The notes below the pieces were generated by a model. It was not told the DNA's origin, made no database searches, and worked only from the letters and a program-made list of their open reading frames with translations. A stretch of 64,000 nt of DNA from a virus: positions 1-64,000 of the IMG/VR virus record IMGVR_UViG_3300009128_001633, one strand, 5' to 3'. This document shows, piece by piece, positions 45,910 through 55,351 of this stretch. Position 1 is the stretch's first letter; the number at the start of each line of letters is the position of its first letter. A program made the position numbers and the translations under genes.

Positions 45910-46328
45910 TAGAATTCCTCCCTTATTTTAAGTAAATACGTTTCACCGCACATAATTCTCATAAACTTCTTTACTATTGGGCGAGAACACAAAACAGCTT
46001 CTTGCCCTTTTAGCTTTCCAAGATATTTTCCTAATAACTGGCATCCATTTGTATGTGTAAATAATCCTAAAGAAACATCTCCACATAGATTCCCAGAATG
46101 TTGTAATATATATAATCTGCCGGGAACATTTGTAATATGATAAGTTATCCCATATTTAGGAGATTCTCTTAGCTTAACCAAATAATCTCCTACTGGAATG
46201 CAAGATATACTTCTTACATTATTTCTCCATGGCAATTCACCAACAAAAAAAGAAAACTCAGGAATTATAATACGACCAAACGTCCCATGATCTGATTTTT
46301 TGATTCTTATGTGTATTACTTCTATCAT
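45909..46328 (-). CDS. DUF5675-family protein (putative endolysin/peptidase)
   Basis: TFG.I, ELPWRNN...SCIP.G.Y, VPGR..IL.H.GN, HTNGC.LLG. Confidence 0.8.
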   Translation of the reverse strand: MIEVIHIRIKKSDHGTFGRIIIPEFSFFVGELPWRNNVRSISCIPVGDYLVKLRESPKYGITYHITNVPGRLYILQHSGNLCGDVSLGLFTHTNGCQLLGKYLGKLKGQEAVLCSRPIVKKFMRIMCGETYLLKIREEF

Positions 46329-46726
46329 TATATATCCCCTAGACATTCTGGTTTAACACTAAGTGCAGATGGATAAGGAGACCCGTTAAAAAATTTATCA
46401 ACTTTTCTATCAAAATCACTATCAATGTATAAAAATTTTAGTTTATAATCAAATATAACAAAAGGTTGTTTCATTTTAACTCCATTACAAACAAGAAAAA
46501 CAGCATTAAAAGCACAATTATCATTTTTATCATGATAATGATGCAATATTGCATCATTAGGACTTATATTACGAACTAGACTAGTGAAAACAATATTATA
46601 TCCACTAAGATCTGGCATAAAACGTTTATCAGAAGAATCAACATTATGTGGAGATGAAAAAACTATGAAGGGATAAAAAAAACATAAAAACAAAATAAAC
46701 AACGAAAATCTTTTTAAAGTACACAT
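46328..46726 (-). CDS. Hypothetical exported protein
   Basis: AGGAG RBS; N-terminal hydrophobic signal. Confidence 0.6.
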   Translation of the reverse strand: MCTLKRFSLFILFLCFFYPFIVFSSPHNVDSSDKRFMPDLSGYNIVFTSLVRNISPNDAILHHYHDKNDNCAFNAVFLVCNGVKMKQPFVIFDYKLKFLYIDSDFDRKVDKFFNGSPYPSALSVKPECLGDI

Positions 46727-46752
46727 AGTTATATCTCCTGTTTTGCTATGAA

Positions 46753-47229
46753 CTATCTTATGTTTTTGTTACTAAAAAACTTAAATATTTTTTCATATTT
46801 TTTTACAATCCATCTACTAAAACCATTAGCAATTTTTAAATCTCTTAATCTACAATAAATATGCAATGGATTTAAAAAATGACTAAAACCACCTTTCCTT
46901 AAAACAAATTTCTCAAGAAACATACGATAAATCATTGTGATCATTATTAAAAATGTACCAATCACAATAAATAAATCTTTTACTTTCCAATACCATCTAT
47001 GCAAAAAATCAAAATCATAAAACGTACTTCCAATTCTACCGTAAACTAACATGTAATAATGTAATACAATCCCCGCCATGGTTATTCCTACAGAAAAATA
47101 TACATGACCAATACTTCCACGTTTAACCCATTTTCTTGTCCAATCCCAAACAAACAAACATAAAGTTATATAAGAAAACAAAGATATTGAAATATAACTC
47201 CAAAGAGTCCAATCATTTAGCACATCCAT
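46753..47229 (-). CDS. Membrane protein (about 3 TM)
   Basis: GGAGG RBS before MDVLNDW; hydrophobic segments. Confidence 0.6.
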   Translation of the reverse strand: MDVLNDWTLWSYISISLFSYITLCLFVWDWTRKWVKRGSIGHVYFSVGITMAGIVLHYYMLVYGRIGSTFYDFDFLHRWYWKVKDLFIVIGTFLIMITMIYRMFLEKFVLRKGGFSHFLNPLHIYCRLRDLKIANGFSRWIVKKYEKIFKFFSNKNIR

Positions 47230-47404
47230 TAGACATCCTCCCCCACTTATTTTCACCATTAAGAGTAACTTCAGCATTCTCTAATAAACAGTTAGCATTT
47301 TTAATCGATTTTTTTGTTTCACTTATGACCTTTAACACTTCTTCTCTTGATGTTCTTAAAGGCTTCCTCCACAAATGAAATTCTATATTCCCAAATAGTT
47401 TCAT
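47213..47404 (-). CDS. Hypothetical protein
   Basis: AAGGAG RBS. Confidence 0.6.
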   Translation of the reverse strand: MKLFGNIEFHLWRKPLRTSREEVLKVISETKKSIKNANCLLENAEVTLNGENKWGRMSNGCAK

Positions 47405-47419
47405 TTTTCGTTAACTCCT

Positions 47420-47650
47420 TTACGGTTTTTGGATGACTTTCATAATACCATCAAGTACACCTGAAAAATGATCTACCGAAGTCCTAACATCCTTAAATGT
47501 ATCCTGCATATCACCAATGGTACTCCAAGCCTTATCAGCTTCTTTTTCTCTTGCTTTTTCTTGCCAATATATAACAACTAAAAGACAAAACATACCAACA
47601 AGAGGCAATGGAATAACATTAAAAGCATCAGCTAACCATTTCATAAACAT
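47420..47650 (-). CDS. Small membrane protein, holin-like
   Basis: One TM plus coiled coil; AGGAG RBS. Confidence 0.55.
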   Translation of the reverse strand: MFMKWLADAFNVIPLPLVGMFCLLVVIYWQEKAREKEADKAWSTIGDMQDTFKDVRTSVDHFSGVLDGIMKVIQKP

Positions 47651-47653
47651 CTC

Positions 47654-47854
47654 CTATATTACAAACATTTTACCATTCTCTGTTATGTCAATTGTGGCAG
47701 TTTCAACTATGAATTCTCCACCGACTATTAGCTGTTCATATTCATCTATTGTTAATGTTCCACTTGCTATTTTCCAATCCGTCACATTTTCAGCAGCATG
47801 TTCATCAGCATCTAATGTGCCATCAATGTCAAGAGATGTAGTTTGTATAGCCAT
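47654..47854 (-). CDS. Small putative virion protein
   Basis: GAGGT RBS; acidic and beta-rich; N-terminal MAIQTT shared with 51655..52185. Confidence 0.65.
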   Translation of the reverse strand: MAIQTTSLDIDGTLDADEHAAENVTDWKIASGTLTIDEYEQLIVGGEFIVETATIDITENGKMFVI

Positions 47855-47864
47855 AATGAATACC

Positions 47865-49109
47865 TCATAATGATGTCTTACTTAAAACTAATGAACAAAT
47901 ATCAAGAACTGCCTTCAGATGTCTGACTGTAAGTTCTTTTACACCACTTTTCGCTATTGCTAATTCATACAACACAACGAATAACAATTTCTGCAAATCA
48001 TTCAATATCGCAGAATTGATTCTTATTTCCTTACCAACTAATTTAGCATCCGAACTAAGAAAATTATACGGATTAATAACTATGTTTGAATCAACAATGG
48101 CGACCAATTTTCTACAAACACTAAGATTTCCATCTTCATCATCGCTCAGAATACTCTTGCTAATCATAACTTCCTTCTTTTCATCCAATGCTTCAACAAC
48201 TTTAGCATCTGTATTAATAAATTCTGCAAGAATATTTGTTAAATCTTTTGGAAAAGATACAACAACATATTTATCAATTGATTTAAGCCTTTTAGAAGCA
48301 GATTTATCAACAGAAAGAACAGCATTGTTGCCATATTCTTTGTAAAAAGCTTTTTTCCAACGACCAATGTTTTCCTTTTGAATTGAAACTAAATCAGCAC
48401 CATATTCACCTTTTTTAGTCCTGACGGCCTTGTAAAAAGTTCTTATTAGAGAAACATCATCTACGGAAGACCATATATAACCAATACACCTTCTTATATC
48501 ATACGGATCAGCAACATTTCCTTCATCTAATTTTATAAAAGGAGAATTATAACTATATCTATATTGACTTATTCCCTGACAAAATATGTCTCTGACATAC
48601 AAACCTGAAGGTCTTTCTGCAACTATCTGTCCTTTGTTAGAAGAAAAAATTATTCTTTTATCACCTTTCTTAATTATTCTATTTTCAAAAACATCACCAT
48701 TATACCCTTTTATGAAAACAGTTGTTCCATTCTTATGTTTAGCGTTATTTGTATATTCAACAGCAAAAACAGATTCATTTTCTATTTCTTCAACAACAGA
48801 TGATATCAACAAATCACCAGTATGGACTTTGACAACATAACCATTACGCAGAAACACTATCATCGCTATTTTTAAACCTTCTCCATGTTTACCTCTTGGA
48901 TTTTTAATCTTCTTATCCGTAACACCTAATATCAAATGTTTGAAGCTGAAACCATTACCATTATCAAATATGGTGACACCTTCAAGAGATTTTTTAACAA
49001 TAAAATACCCCGCTTCATCAAGCGAATTTTGATAAATCTCTCTAAAAGCTTCCCAAAATCCCCAATTTTTACGATATTGAATGCTTATTGGATATACTAT
49101 TTTCTCCAT
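47865..49109 (-). CDS. GHKL (HATPase) ATP-binding protein
   Basis: REIYQNSLDE, DNGNG, GKHGEGLK, GTTV. Confidence 0.85.
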   Translation of the reverse strand: MEKIVYPISIQYRKNWGFWEAFREIYQNSLDEAGYFIVKKSLEGVTIFDNGNGFSFKHLILGVTDKKIKNPRGKHGEGLKIAMIVFLRNGYVVKVHTGDLLISSVVEEIENESVFAVEYTNNAKHKNGTTVFIKGYNGDVFENRIIKKGDKRIIFSSNKGQIVAERPSGLYVRDIFCQGISQYRYSYNSPFIKLDEGNVADPYDIRRCIGYIWSSVDDVSLIRTFYKAVRTKKGEYGADLVSIQKENIGRWKKAFYKEYGNNAVLSVDKSASKRLKSIDKYVVVSFPKDLTNILAEFINTDAKVVEALDEKKEVMISKSILSDDEDGNLSVCRKLVAIVDSNIVINPYNFLSSDAKLVGKEIRINSAILNDLQKLLFVVLYELAIAKSGVKELTVRHLKAVLDICSLVLSKTSL

Positions 49110-49111
49110 AA

Positions 49112-49888
49112 CTAATATCTTTCTGGATACTTTTCTTTTAATAAACTTAAATTATGTTTCCGCAATTTCTCATATTCATCATCATTAAACATAATTTTAA
49201 ATGTAGCTTTTGAATGGTGTATTACATAACAACTTAATGCTAATGCTAATTCTAAGCCACTCTGTTCTAATCTCCTTGCATAATCATCGTCATCACCTAG
49301 CCCAACACCAAACCTTTTATCCAAAAGCCCGACCCTCTTGATCGTTTCTCTACGAAATGCGACACAAAAGAAAGCCAACATGCCTCTAATTCTTAAAAAA
49401 GTTGACCCATATTTATCTTCTAAAATCTTATTACATTCTTTGAGATTATTTGGATTATCAAATTTCGGCAAATCATAAACTAGTTTTTCCCTCACCCTAC
49501 CAAAATATTGCCAATCATGATCATTTGAATTAATTGGACCACATGCACCTATGTCCGGATTATTAAGTGGAGACAAAAGTTTTTGAATCCATCCATCACT
49601 AACAACAACATCATTATTCATAAAAATAACATATTTTCCATTAGTAGCTTTTATGCCTTGATTCAAACCACTAATCCACCCTAAATTTACATTATTATTA
49701 ATTACATTCACCCAACTATGCTTCTTTAACCTATCAAGATATTGACACGTACCATCAGTGGAATTATTATTTATAATAGTCAATTTAAAATTCATTCCTC
49801 CACTACCATGAAGCATTGAAGTGATACACCTATGAGTATATTTTAAATTATTCCACACTGGGATTAATATATCTATATAGCTACCCAT
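49112..49888 (-). CDS. Glycosyltransferase (GT2)
   Basis: ILIPVWN, INNNSTDGT, FMNNDVVV, VGLLD.RF..G..DDDDY..R. Confidence 0.92.
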   Translation of the reverse strand: MGSYIDILIPVWNNLKYTHRCITSMLHGSGGMNFKLTIINNNSTDGTCQYLDRLKKHSWVNVINNNVNLGWISGLNQGIKATNGKYVIFMNNDVVVSDGWIQKLLSPLNNPDIGACGPINSNDHDWQYFGRVREKLVYDLPKFDNPNNLKECNKILEDKYGSTFLRIRGMLAFFCVAFRRETIKRVGLLDKRFGVGLGDDDDYARRLEQSGLELALALSCYVIHHSKATFKIMFNDDEYEKLRKHNLSLLKEKYPERY

Positions 49889-49890
49889 TT

Positions 49891-50934
49891 TTAATTCCTC
49901 TTATTACTTATATCCACAACTTCTTCATATAATTTTAGATATTTCTTCGTTGCATTATCCATGCAAAAGTTTTCTTGAGCATATTTAAGTGTTTCATTAA
50001 AAACATTTTCTGGATTATCATTTATGTTTTTCCAACATTCATAAATTGCATTTGCTATTGAAACTGGATCCATAACAATGGCATGATATCTAGTATATCC
50101 ACCACGATATGAAACGACCGGAATGCCCATAGCCATAGCTTCCAAAGTATCTCTACTAGTTATACCATTTATGTTTGAATTAAATGAAATATCGGCACCT
50201 CTTAAAAATGGCCTTAAATCCCTTAACTGTAGTTGAACATTTTCACAATATATGCTTAAATTTTTTGCTTTCAATATTGTTTCTCTCCATAATGAAACAT
50301 CTGTAAGTCTGATGCAAAATATGTTCAACCTTGCCTTGGGGATTAACTTTATAACTTCAGACATAGACCATAATAAAGACATAGGAGTTTTATTAAACCG
50401 TATGTTGGCAGTAGATATTATTGCTGGTCTATAGTCATATTCCCACTTAAACCCATCAGGATTAAATCTTTGCAGATCAACAGAATCCTGTATGAACACT
50501 AAATTATTACCACGCTCATACATTTTCATTATATAATAATCAGACTCATTTATTGCAACAACTTTGTCAAATCGTTCTAAAAACGAAATATGTATATCAA
50601 ACTTTTGCTGACCAGTTTGAGTTTCTAACATAACCATATATTCAGCAGTTCCATGCATAATTGCTATATTACCATGTTTCCTAACATAAGGAACTAACTT
50701 CATCGGAACTGACCTATGCACGACCCAAACATCACATTCGTGTGCGTTTTTCCAAGGTTTACAAACAATACCACGATCAGTAAACCTTTCTGGATCTGGG
50801 TTTTCTTCATCGCAGTTTATTAAAATAGAATCCAATTCAGCTCTACGTTCACAAGTAATCTGGTCTATAACAAATTCGTGTAATCCAGATCTCCTTGGAG
50901 CCCATAAGCTAAAGTGAGCTATTTTCACTATCAA
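49891..50934 (-). CDS. Glycosyltransferase (GT4)
   Basis: VDLQRF.P, ADIS, TLEAMAMGIPVV. Confidence 0.88.
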   Translation of the reverse strand: MIVKIAHFSLWAPRRSGLHEFVIDQITCERRAELDSILINCDEENPDPERFTDRGIVCKPWKNAHECDVWVVHRSVPMKLVPYVRKHGNIAIMHGTAEYMVMLETQTGQQKFDIHISFLERFDKVVAINESDYYIMKMYERGNNLVFIQDSVDLQRFNPDGFKWEYDYRPAIISTANIRFNKTPMSLLWSMSEVIKLIPKARLNIFCIRLTDVSLWRETILKAKNLSIYCENVQLQLRDLRPFLRGADISFNSNINGITSRDTLEAMAMGIPVVSYRGGYTRYHAIVMDPVSIANAIYECWKNINDNPENVFNETLKYAQENFCMDNATKKYLKLYEEVVDISNKRN

Positions 50935-51655
50935 CCTCCCTAAAGAACCTTTTCCACTTTATCATCTTCTTATATTGCTTCCACTCATTTTTACAAAATA
51001 AGTTAAAATCTTTTTCAGGTTCATCAATTTCTACATTCATAGCACCTAAACAAAAACCAAAAATTCCAGCAAGAATGAAACCACTTTTTTCATTTAACCA
51101 TTTTTCGCACAATATGTTGAAATGTTCAAAATCTACATCAAAGAAAGAAGCAAATTTTTGACCAGTTCCATAAAATCTTTTAAAATACCCTTCTTCAGAA
51201 ATTTCAGGCATATGTATTCCTAAATTTCTACAAATCTTATGCTCCTCATATCCCCATTTTTGTTTTATACTTCCCAAAGCCCATCTATCCCAGCCTATTT
51301 GATTTTTTATTTCTATATCTTTAATATAAGCTGTCTTCCATATGCGTACACCATATATTGTTGTTTGTAAAGTTACATCAAATAAACTACCAATGACAGA
51401 AGCAACATTTATCCTAGATATTATTTTATATAGTACATCTATTGCACTTGGAAATAAAATACAATCAGAATCCAATATTATTAAGTATTCATAATTACAT
51501 TCATTTATAGCCTCTGATACAGCATTATATAATGGCTTATTTTCTATAATACGAATACTAAACTTTTTAAACGTTTGATGTTGGAGAGAGTCGATGCATT
51601 TATTAAAACGACTCTCTCCAACAGTCAATATTACTATTTCTAGCTGTTTATTCAT
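50909..51655 (-). CDS. Glycosyltransferase (GT2-like)
   Basis: CIDSL..QT, YLIILDSDCIL. Confidence 0.75.
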   Translation of the reverse strand: MNKQLEIVILTVGESRFNKCIDSLQHQTFKKFSIRIIENKPLYNAVSEAINECNYEYLIILDSDCILFPSAIDVLYKIISRINVASVIGSLFDVTLQTTIYGVRIWKTAYIKDIEIKNQIGWDRWALGSIKQKWGYEEHKICRNLGIHMPEISEEGYFKRFYGTGQKFASFFDVDFEHFNILCEKWLNEKSGFILAGIFGFCLGAMNVEIDEPEKDFNLFCKNEWKQYKKMIKWKRFFREVDSENSSL

Positions 51656-52185
51656 TATGCAACCGAAACATCATTCCATCTAAATACAAAATCTCCAGCA
51701 GAATCTCTACGAATATCCGTAACACGATATTCTTCAGAAACTGGTATTGACTTAATGTATTGTTCTAAACTAACTTCACTCTCGGCTTTTCGTGCCATTG
51801 AAATAGCTTTTTCAGCTTCTGAATCGACAATAACAGCATATGACTCTGCTATATCGGCTATTGAATCACCAACGACACCAAAAGACTCTCCACGACGTGC
51901 AATCGAGATAGATTTCTCACCTTCAGACTTGGCAAGTTCAGTTTCTGAATCAACAATAACAGCATATGACTGTGCTAACACAGCTATTGATCTTGCTTCA
52001 GAAGGATCAGTAGAAAGATCAGCTTCCGACCTAGCTTCACTGGCTTCATCTTCAGCTATTCTTGCAATTGATATTGCCTTCTCAACTTCCGATTTTGAAA
52101 GTTCAGTTTCTGAGTCAACAATAGTAGCATATGACTTTGCAGTAGAAACATCATTTGGATCAAACTTAGTAGTTTGTATTGCCAT
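51655..52185 (-). CDS. Acidic Ser/Ala-rich repeat protein (putative virion fibre)
   Basis: Three repeats of SYA.IVDSE...EK.IS.AR; C-terminus shared with 53325..53510. Confidence 0.7.
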   Translation of the reverse strand: MAIQTTKFDPNDVSTAKSYATIVDSETELSKSEVEKAISIARIAEDEASEARSEADLSTDPSEARSIAVLAQSYAVIVDSETELAKSEGEKSISIARRGESFGVVGDSIADIAESYAVIVDSEAEKAISMARKAESEVSLEQYIKSIPVSEEYRVTDIRRDSAGDFVFRWNDVSVA

Positions 52186-52186
52186 A

Positions 52187-53308
52187 TCATACCTCCATAA
52201 TCTTAATTATGTCACTAACCATACTATCTAATTGATAATCTCTTAAATGAGAAAACTTCTCCTCATAAGCATGTTCACCAACTTTCTTGACACTATGGTT
52301 GAATAATTCTTTATTTTTTAAGTAACTATATAACTCTTTGTGACTTTCTGATTTAAGGGAGACCTCTCTCTTTAACGCTTCCTCTAAACCATCACAAAAC
52401 TTTTGCCAACTAAACTGTTTAATTTTTACCAATCCAGATCTAGAAAGAATTACTCTAAGTTCACCATTATTTTTCAAAATACTATAAAACCTAGCTATTG
52501 TTTCTGGATTTACGTCAGGAATAACTAACGCTGTCTCATTGTTTATGGCAAAATTAGTAGTTCCAGCACTTGTACAAATAACTGGAGTTCCACACGCCAT
52601 CGCTTCAGCAGCAGTATTACACCATCCAGCAAGACCTTCGGCACTTATGAAAATATCAGCTTTACTATACATTTCCCTTAAACTATCTTGCGGTGGATTA
52701 ACGTAATGTTCTATTTCTAATGGTGTGTCATACTTCCATTTCTGTACATCATATAGCATTAATACTGGTGGATCTTTAACTAATTCTAATGCCTTAACGA
52801 TATTACCAGTATTTTTCCATCCACGATCAAACTTTGCATAAATAAGAACTCTAAATTTATCATCTTTCTCAACTTCAACAGGATAAAATTGCTCAAGATT
52901 CACACCACCACTTATTGTATAACCTTTATTATTGAACTTTTGTGGAAACCTTTTCTCCCAACCATTTGAAACACCTATTAATATATAATCACTTTTAATA
53001 TCATATGTACCAATACCATACCTTCTTGTATATGGAAAAATAATAAAAACAAATTTCTTTTGAGCATTGCATCTATCAAATATATCTAATGAAGGTGCAT
53101 CACCACACATAAGCACTTCATGTTTAACACTATGTACATTTTCAATTGGTGACAATTTACCATTATATTTAAACCAATCTGGAGGAGAACCATCACTGTG
53201 ATATATTGTATAATCATATCCCCTGATAACCATCTCATTACCTATCTCAAGAAATCTCTTAACTCCTCCGTATAATTTCAAATGTGGTAATATAACGCTT
53301 ATTTTCAT
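52187..53308 (-). CDS. Glycosyltransferase (GT4)
   Basis: LPHL..YGGVK, YSKADIF, AEAMACGTPVI, FSW. Confidence 0.9.
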   Translation of the reverse strand: MKISVILPHLKLYGGVKRFLEIGNEMVIRGYDYTIYHSDGSPPDWFKYNGKLSPIENVHSVKHEVLMCGDAPSLDIFDRCNAQKKFVFIIFPYTRRYGIGTYDIKSDYILIGVSNGWEKRFPQKFNNKGYTISGGVNLEQFYPVEVEKDDKFRVLIYAKFDRGWKNTGNIVKALELVKDPPVLMLYDVQKWKYDTPLEIEHYVNPPQDSLREMYSKADIFISAEGLAGWCNTAAEAMACGTPVICTSAGTTNFAINNETALVIPDVNPETIARFYSILKNNGELRVILSRSGLVKIKQFSWQKFCDGLEEALKREVSLKSESHKELYSYLKNKELFNHSVKKVGEHAYEEKFSHLRDYQLDSMVSDIIKIMEV

Positions 53309-53324
53309 TTTGCCCTCCTAAGAA

Positions 53325-53510
53325 TTAAATCGGACTATCATCCCATTCCAAAGCAAATTGTCCATCGGCCTCTCTTTTAATCCTAACAACAGTATATTGT
53401 CCAGGATCTGGAATTGACTGTACTGCTCTCTGTAAAACAAGTTTATTAGCATCTGTCAATAGTCTACTTTCATCATCATTAACTTGTGTACTCATTCTTA
53501 CTTGAGACAT
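53325..53510 (-). CDS. Small putative virion protein
   Basis: AGGAG RBS; SIP..QY.V..I.R...G.F...W.D motif. Confidence 0.65.
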   Translation of the reverse strand: MSQVRMSTQVNDDESRLLTDANKLVLQRAVQSIPDPGQYTVVRIKREADGQFALEWDDSPI

Positions 53511-53519
53511 AATAAACTC

Positions 53520-53765
53520 CTAACTACTTTTTATATAATGAACCCATAAAGTGTCAGCCGGAACAGGAGTTGACAATGGTGCATTAGTCATAACGAAACC
53601 ATTAAGATTACCATTTTCAGCATAATCAGTATCTCTGATTTGTAATAAACCATTCAAATATACTTCTAGAGATTCAGTAACAAAAGTATATGAACAAGAG
53701 AATGTTTTATTAGAACCATCTATCGTTCCTGATGGTGTTTCATGAAATTCATGTTCGTGAGTCAT
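53520..53765 (-). CDS. Small putative tail protein
   Basis: Start reassigned to MTHEHEFHETPSG; ETPSG.IDG.N..F...VYLNG.......DY motif. Confidence 0.7.
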   Translation of the reverse strand: MTHEHEFHETPSGTIDGSNKTFSCSYTFVTESLEVYLNGLLQIRDTDYAENGNLNGFVMTNAPLSTPVPADTLWVHYIKSS

Positions 53766-53772
53766 AACAAAC

Positions 53773-54192
53773 CTACATAGTTGATTTAAGATAAATACCC
53801 CAAACAACATCACCACTCTCAGGAGCAGTCGTAAAAATAACCTTATTACTCTGCACTCGCTCCTGATAATCAATATTATATTGCAACTGCAAACCATTCA
53901 TAAAAAGCCTGACTGACCTTCCGACAAACTGTTGAGAAAAAATAAATTCAGTATTAGTGCCATTTATTAAGCCTGTTGGTATCTCGCACACATGATCATG
54001 ATCAACAAGGAAACCATAGAAACTAACCTCATAATCAAGCTCATTAGAAAGCTGTTCAGCGACAATTCCAACTTGTGAAGTTGTTACATTATAATTAATC
54101 TCATTTTTGTCAATCTCATAAGTTAATGTTTGAGCTGACAGAAATTCATAATTAATCTCATTTGTTATCTGTTCTGAAACTATTTTTCCCAT
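53773..54192 (-). CDS. Putative tail protein, paralog of 53520..53765
   Basis: EIPTG.INGTN..F...LFMNG......DY.E.......AP..GD. Confidence 0.7.
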   Translation of the reverse strand: MGKIVSEQITNEINYEFLSAQTLTYEIDKNEINYNVTTSQVGIVAEQLSNELDYEVSFYGFLVDHDHVCEIPTGLINGTNTEFIFSQQFVGRSVRLFMNGLQLQYNIDYQERVQSNKVIFTTAPESGDVVWGIYLKSTM

Positions 54193-54470
54193 TATACTGC
54201 CAACACTTCTATATTTTCATCTATGATGGTATATATCTCAGTATCCTTAGTGACAACCCAAATAAATTTATACTCTCCAGCAGCAGCAGTGACATTAGAA
54301 AAAGTAATTGTGTAATAAATTTGATTACCAGAAGCTCCAGCATTAGTAGTATCGACAATAGTTGTTCCACCTTTTGTAATTTTTATAGTAGCAGAATCTG
54401 GCTCAAAATCGGCATTATCTAAGTATAACGCTAAAGTTATTATTCTCGCATCACCGACATAAAGTTTCAT
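54192..54470 (-). CDS. Small beta-rich putative virion protein
   Basis: Tail context; AGEY...W. Confidence 0.6.
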   Translation of the reverse strand: MKLYVGDARIITLALYLDNADFEPDSATIKITKGGTTIVDTTNAGASGNQIYYTITFSNVTAAAGEYKFIWVVTKDTEIYTIIDENIEVLAV

Positions 54471-54472
54471 TT

Positions 54473-54982
54473 CTAATCTCCAATCGTAGGATCACTAGGC
54501 CATCTATTACTTTGAACTTCATCTATAACCTCAGTATTCCAATTAAATTCAACAAGACTATCATAATCATTAAGAGCATTTATTTCATCTTCAATTGTAT
54601 TAGATAAAGCTCTGACATTACTTCTAAAATCAGAAATATTTTTTGGAACATCAATGCTTTCAACACTCCTTATTACATACCAATCTGTATTATTAAGAAG
54701 AGATTTAGCTTGTTCTTTAACTTTTTTAATTAACATACCTTTAAGATCATCAATGGACATTTTCGGTTCTATCTTATGAACTCTAGTAACAACTCCATTT
54801 AATTCAGAATCAACATGACTAACGGATTTATAGTAAATTTGATTAAATCCTTTTTCTACAAATTGTTTGATGTTAAGTTCATCAAGTGTATCTGGTTTAT
54901 CAAAAATATTTGATTTGTGAAACTTTCCATCTAATATAAACTCTTTTCTATTAATCACTCTTCCATCTGGTAATAACCACAT
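54473..54982 (-). CDS. Tail fibre assembly/chaperone-like protein
   Basis: LL..TDWYV.R......P.....R..VR...WP..P C-terminus. Confidence 0.7.
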   Translation of the reverse strand: MWLLPDGRVINRKEFILDGKFHKSNIFDKPDTLDELNIKQFVEKGFNQIYYKSVSHVDSELNGVVTRVHKIEPKMSIDDLKGMLIKKVKEQAKSLLNNTDWYVIRSVESIDVPKNISDFRSNVRALSNTIEDEINALNDYDSLVEFNWNTEVIDEVQSNRWPSDPTIGD

Positions 54983-55000
54983 TTGTTTTTTCCTCCTTTA

Positions 55001-55312
55001 TTATAATACTTTATCAGGATCCCAGTTATCCGTTCCTTTTGGAACAACCTGAAAACAATCCTTATTATCCACTACTCTCTGTATGCCATTAGGATGCAAG
55101 GACTCAAGTTCCTCCATATTCATAATATACCTTCCATCCGGAACATATTCCTGATCTTCATCCACGGCAACCAAACAAGAAACATCTTCAATTTCATCCA
55201 TTTTCATTATCGCTGCAAGACATTGATTACCTCTATTAACAACATAAGTACCACCATCCCTAATATTAGAACAGGATAGAGGATTTTTCAGTCCAATGAT
55301 TACCATTTCCAC
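55001..55312 (-). CDS. Hypothetical protein
   Basis: ORF in the tail block. Confidence 0.55.
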   Translation of the reverse strand: MEMVIIGLKNPLSCSNIRDGGTYVVNRGNQCLAAIMKMDEIEDVSCLVAVDEDQEYVPDGRYIMNMEELESLHPNGIQRVVDNKDCFQVVPKGTDNWDPDKVL

Positions 55313-55351
55313 TTACGTCCGTTCCAGCGCCATTCCCTTCCTCTATCATCT

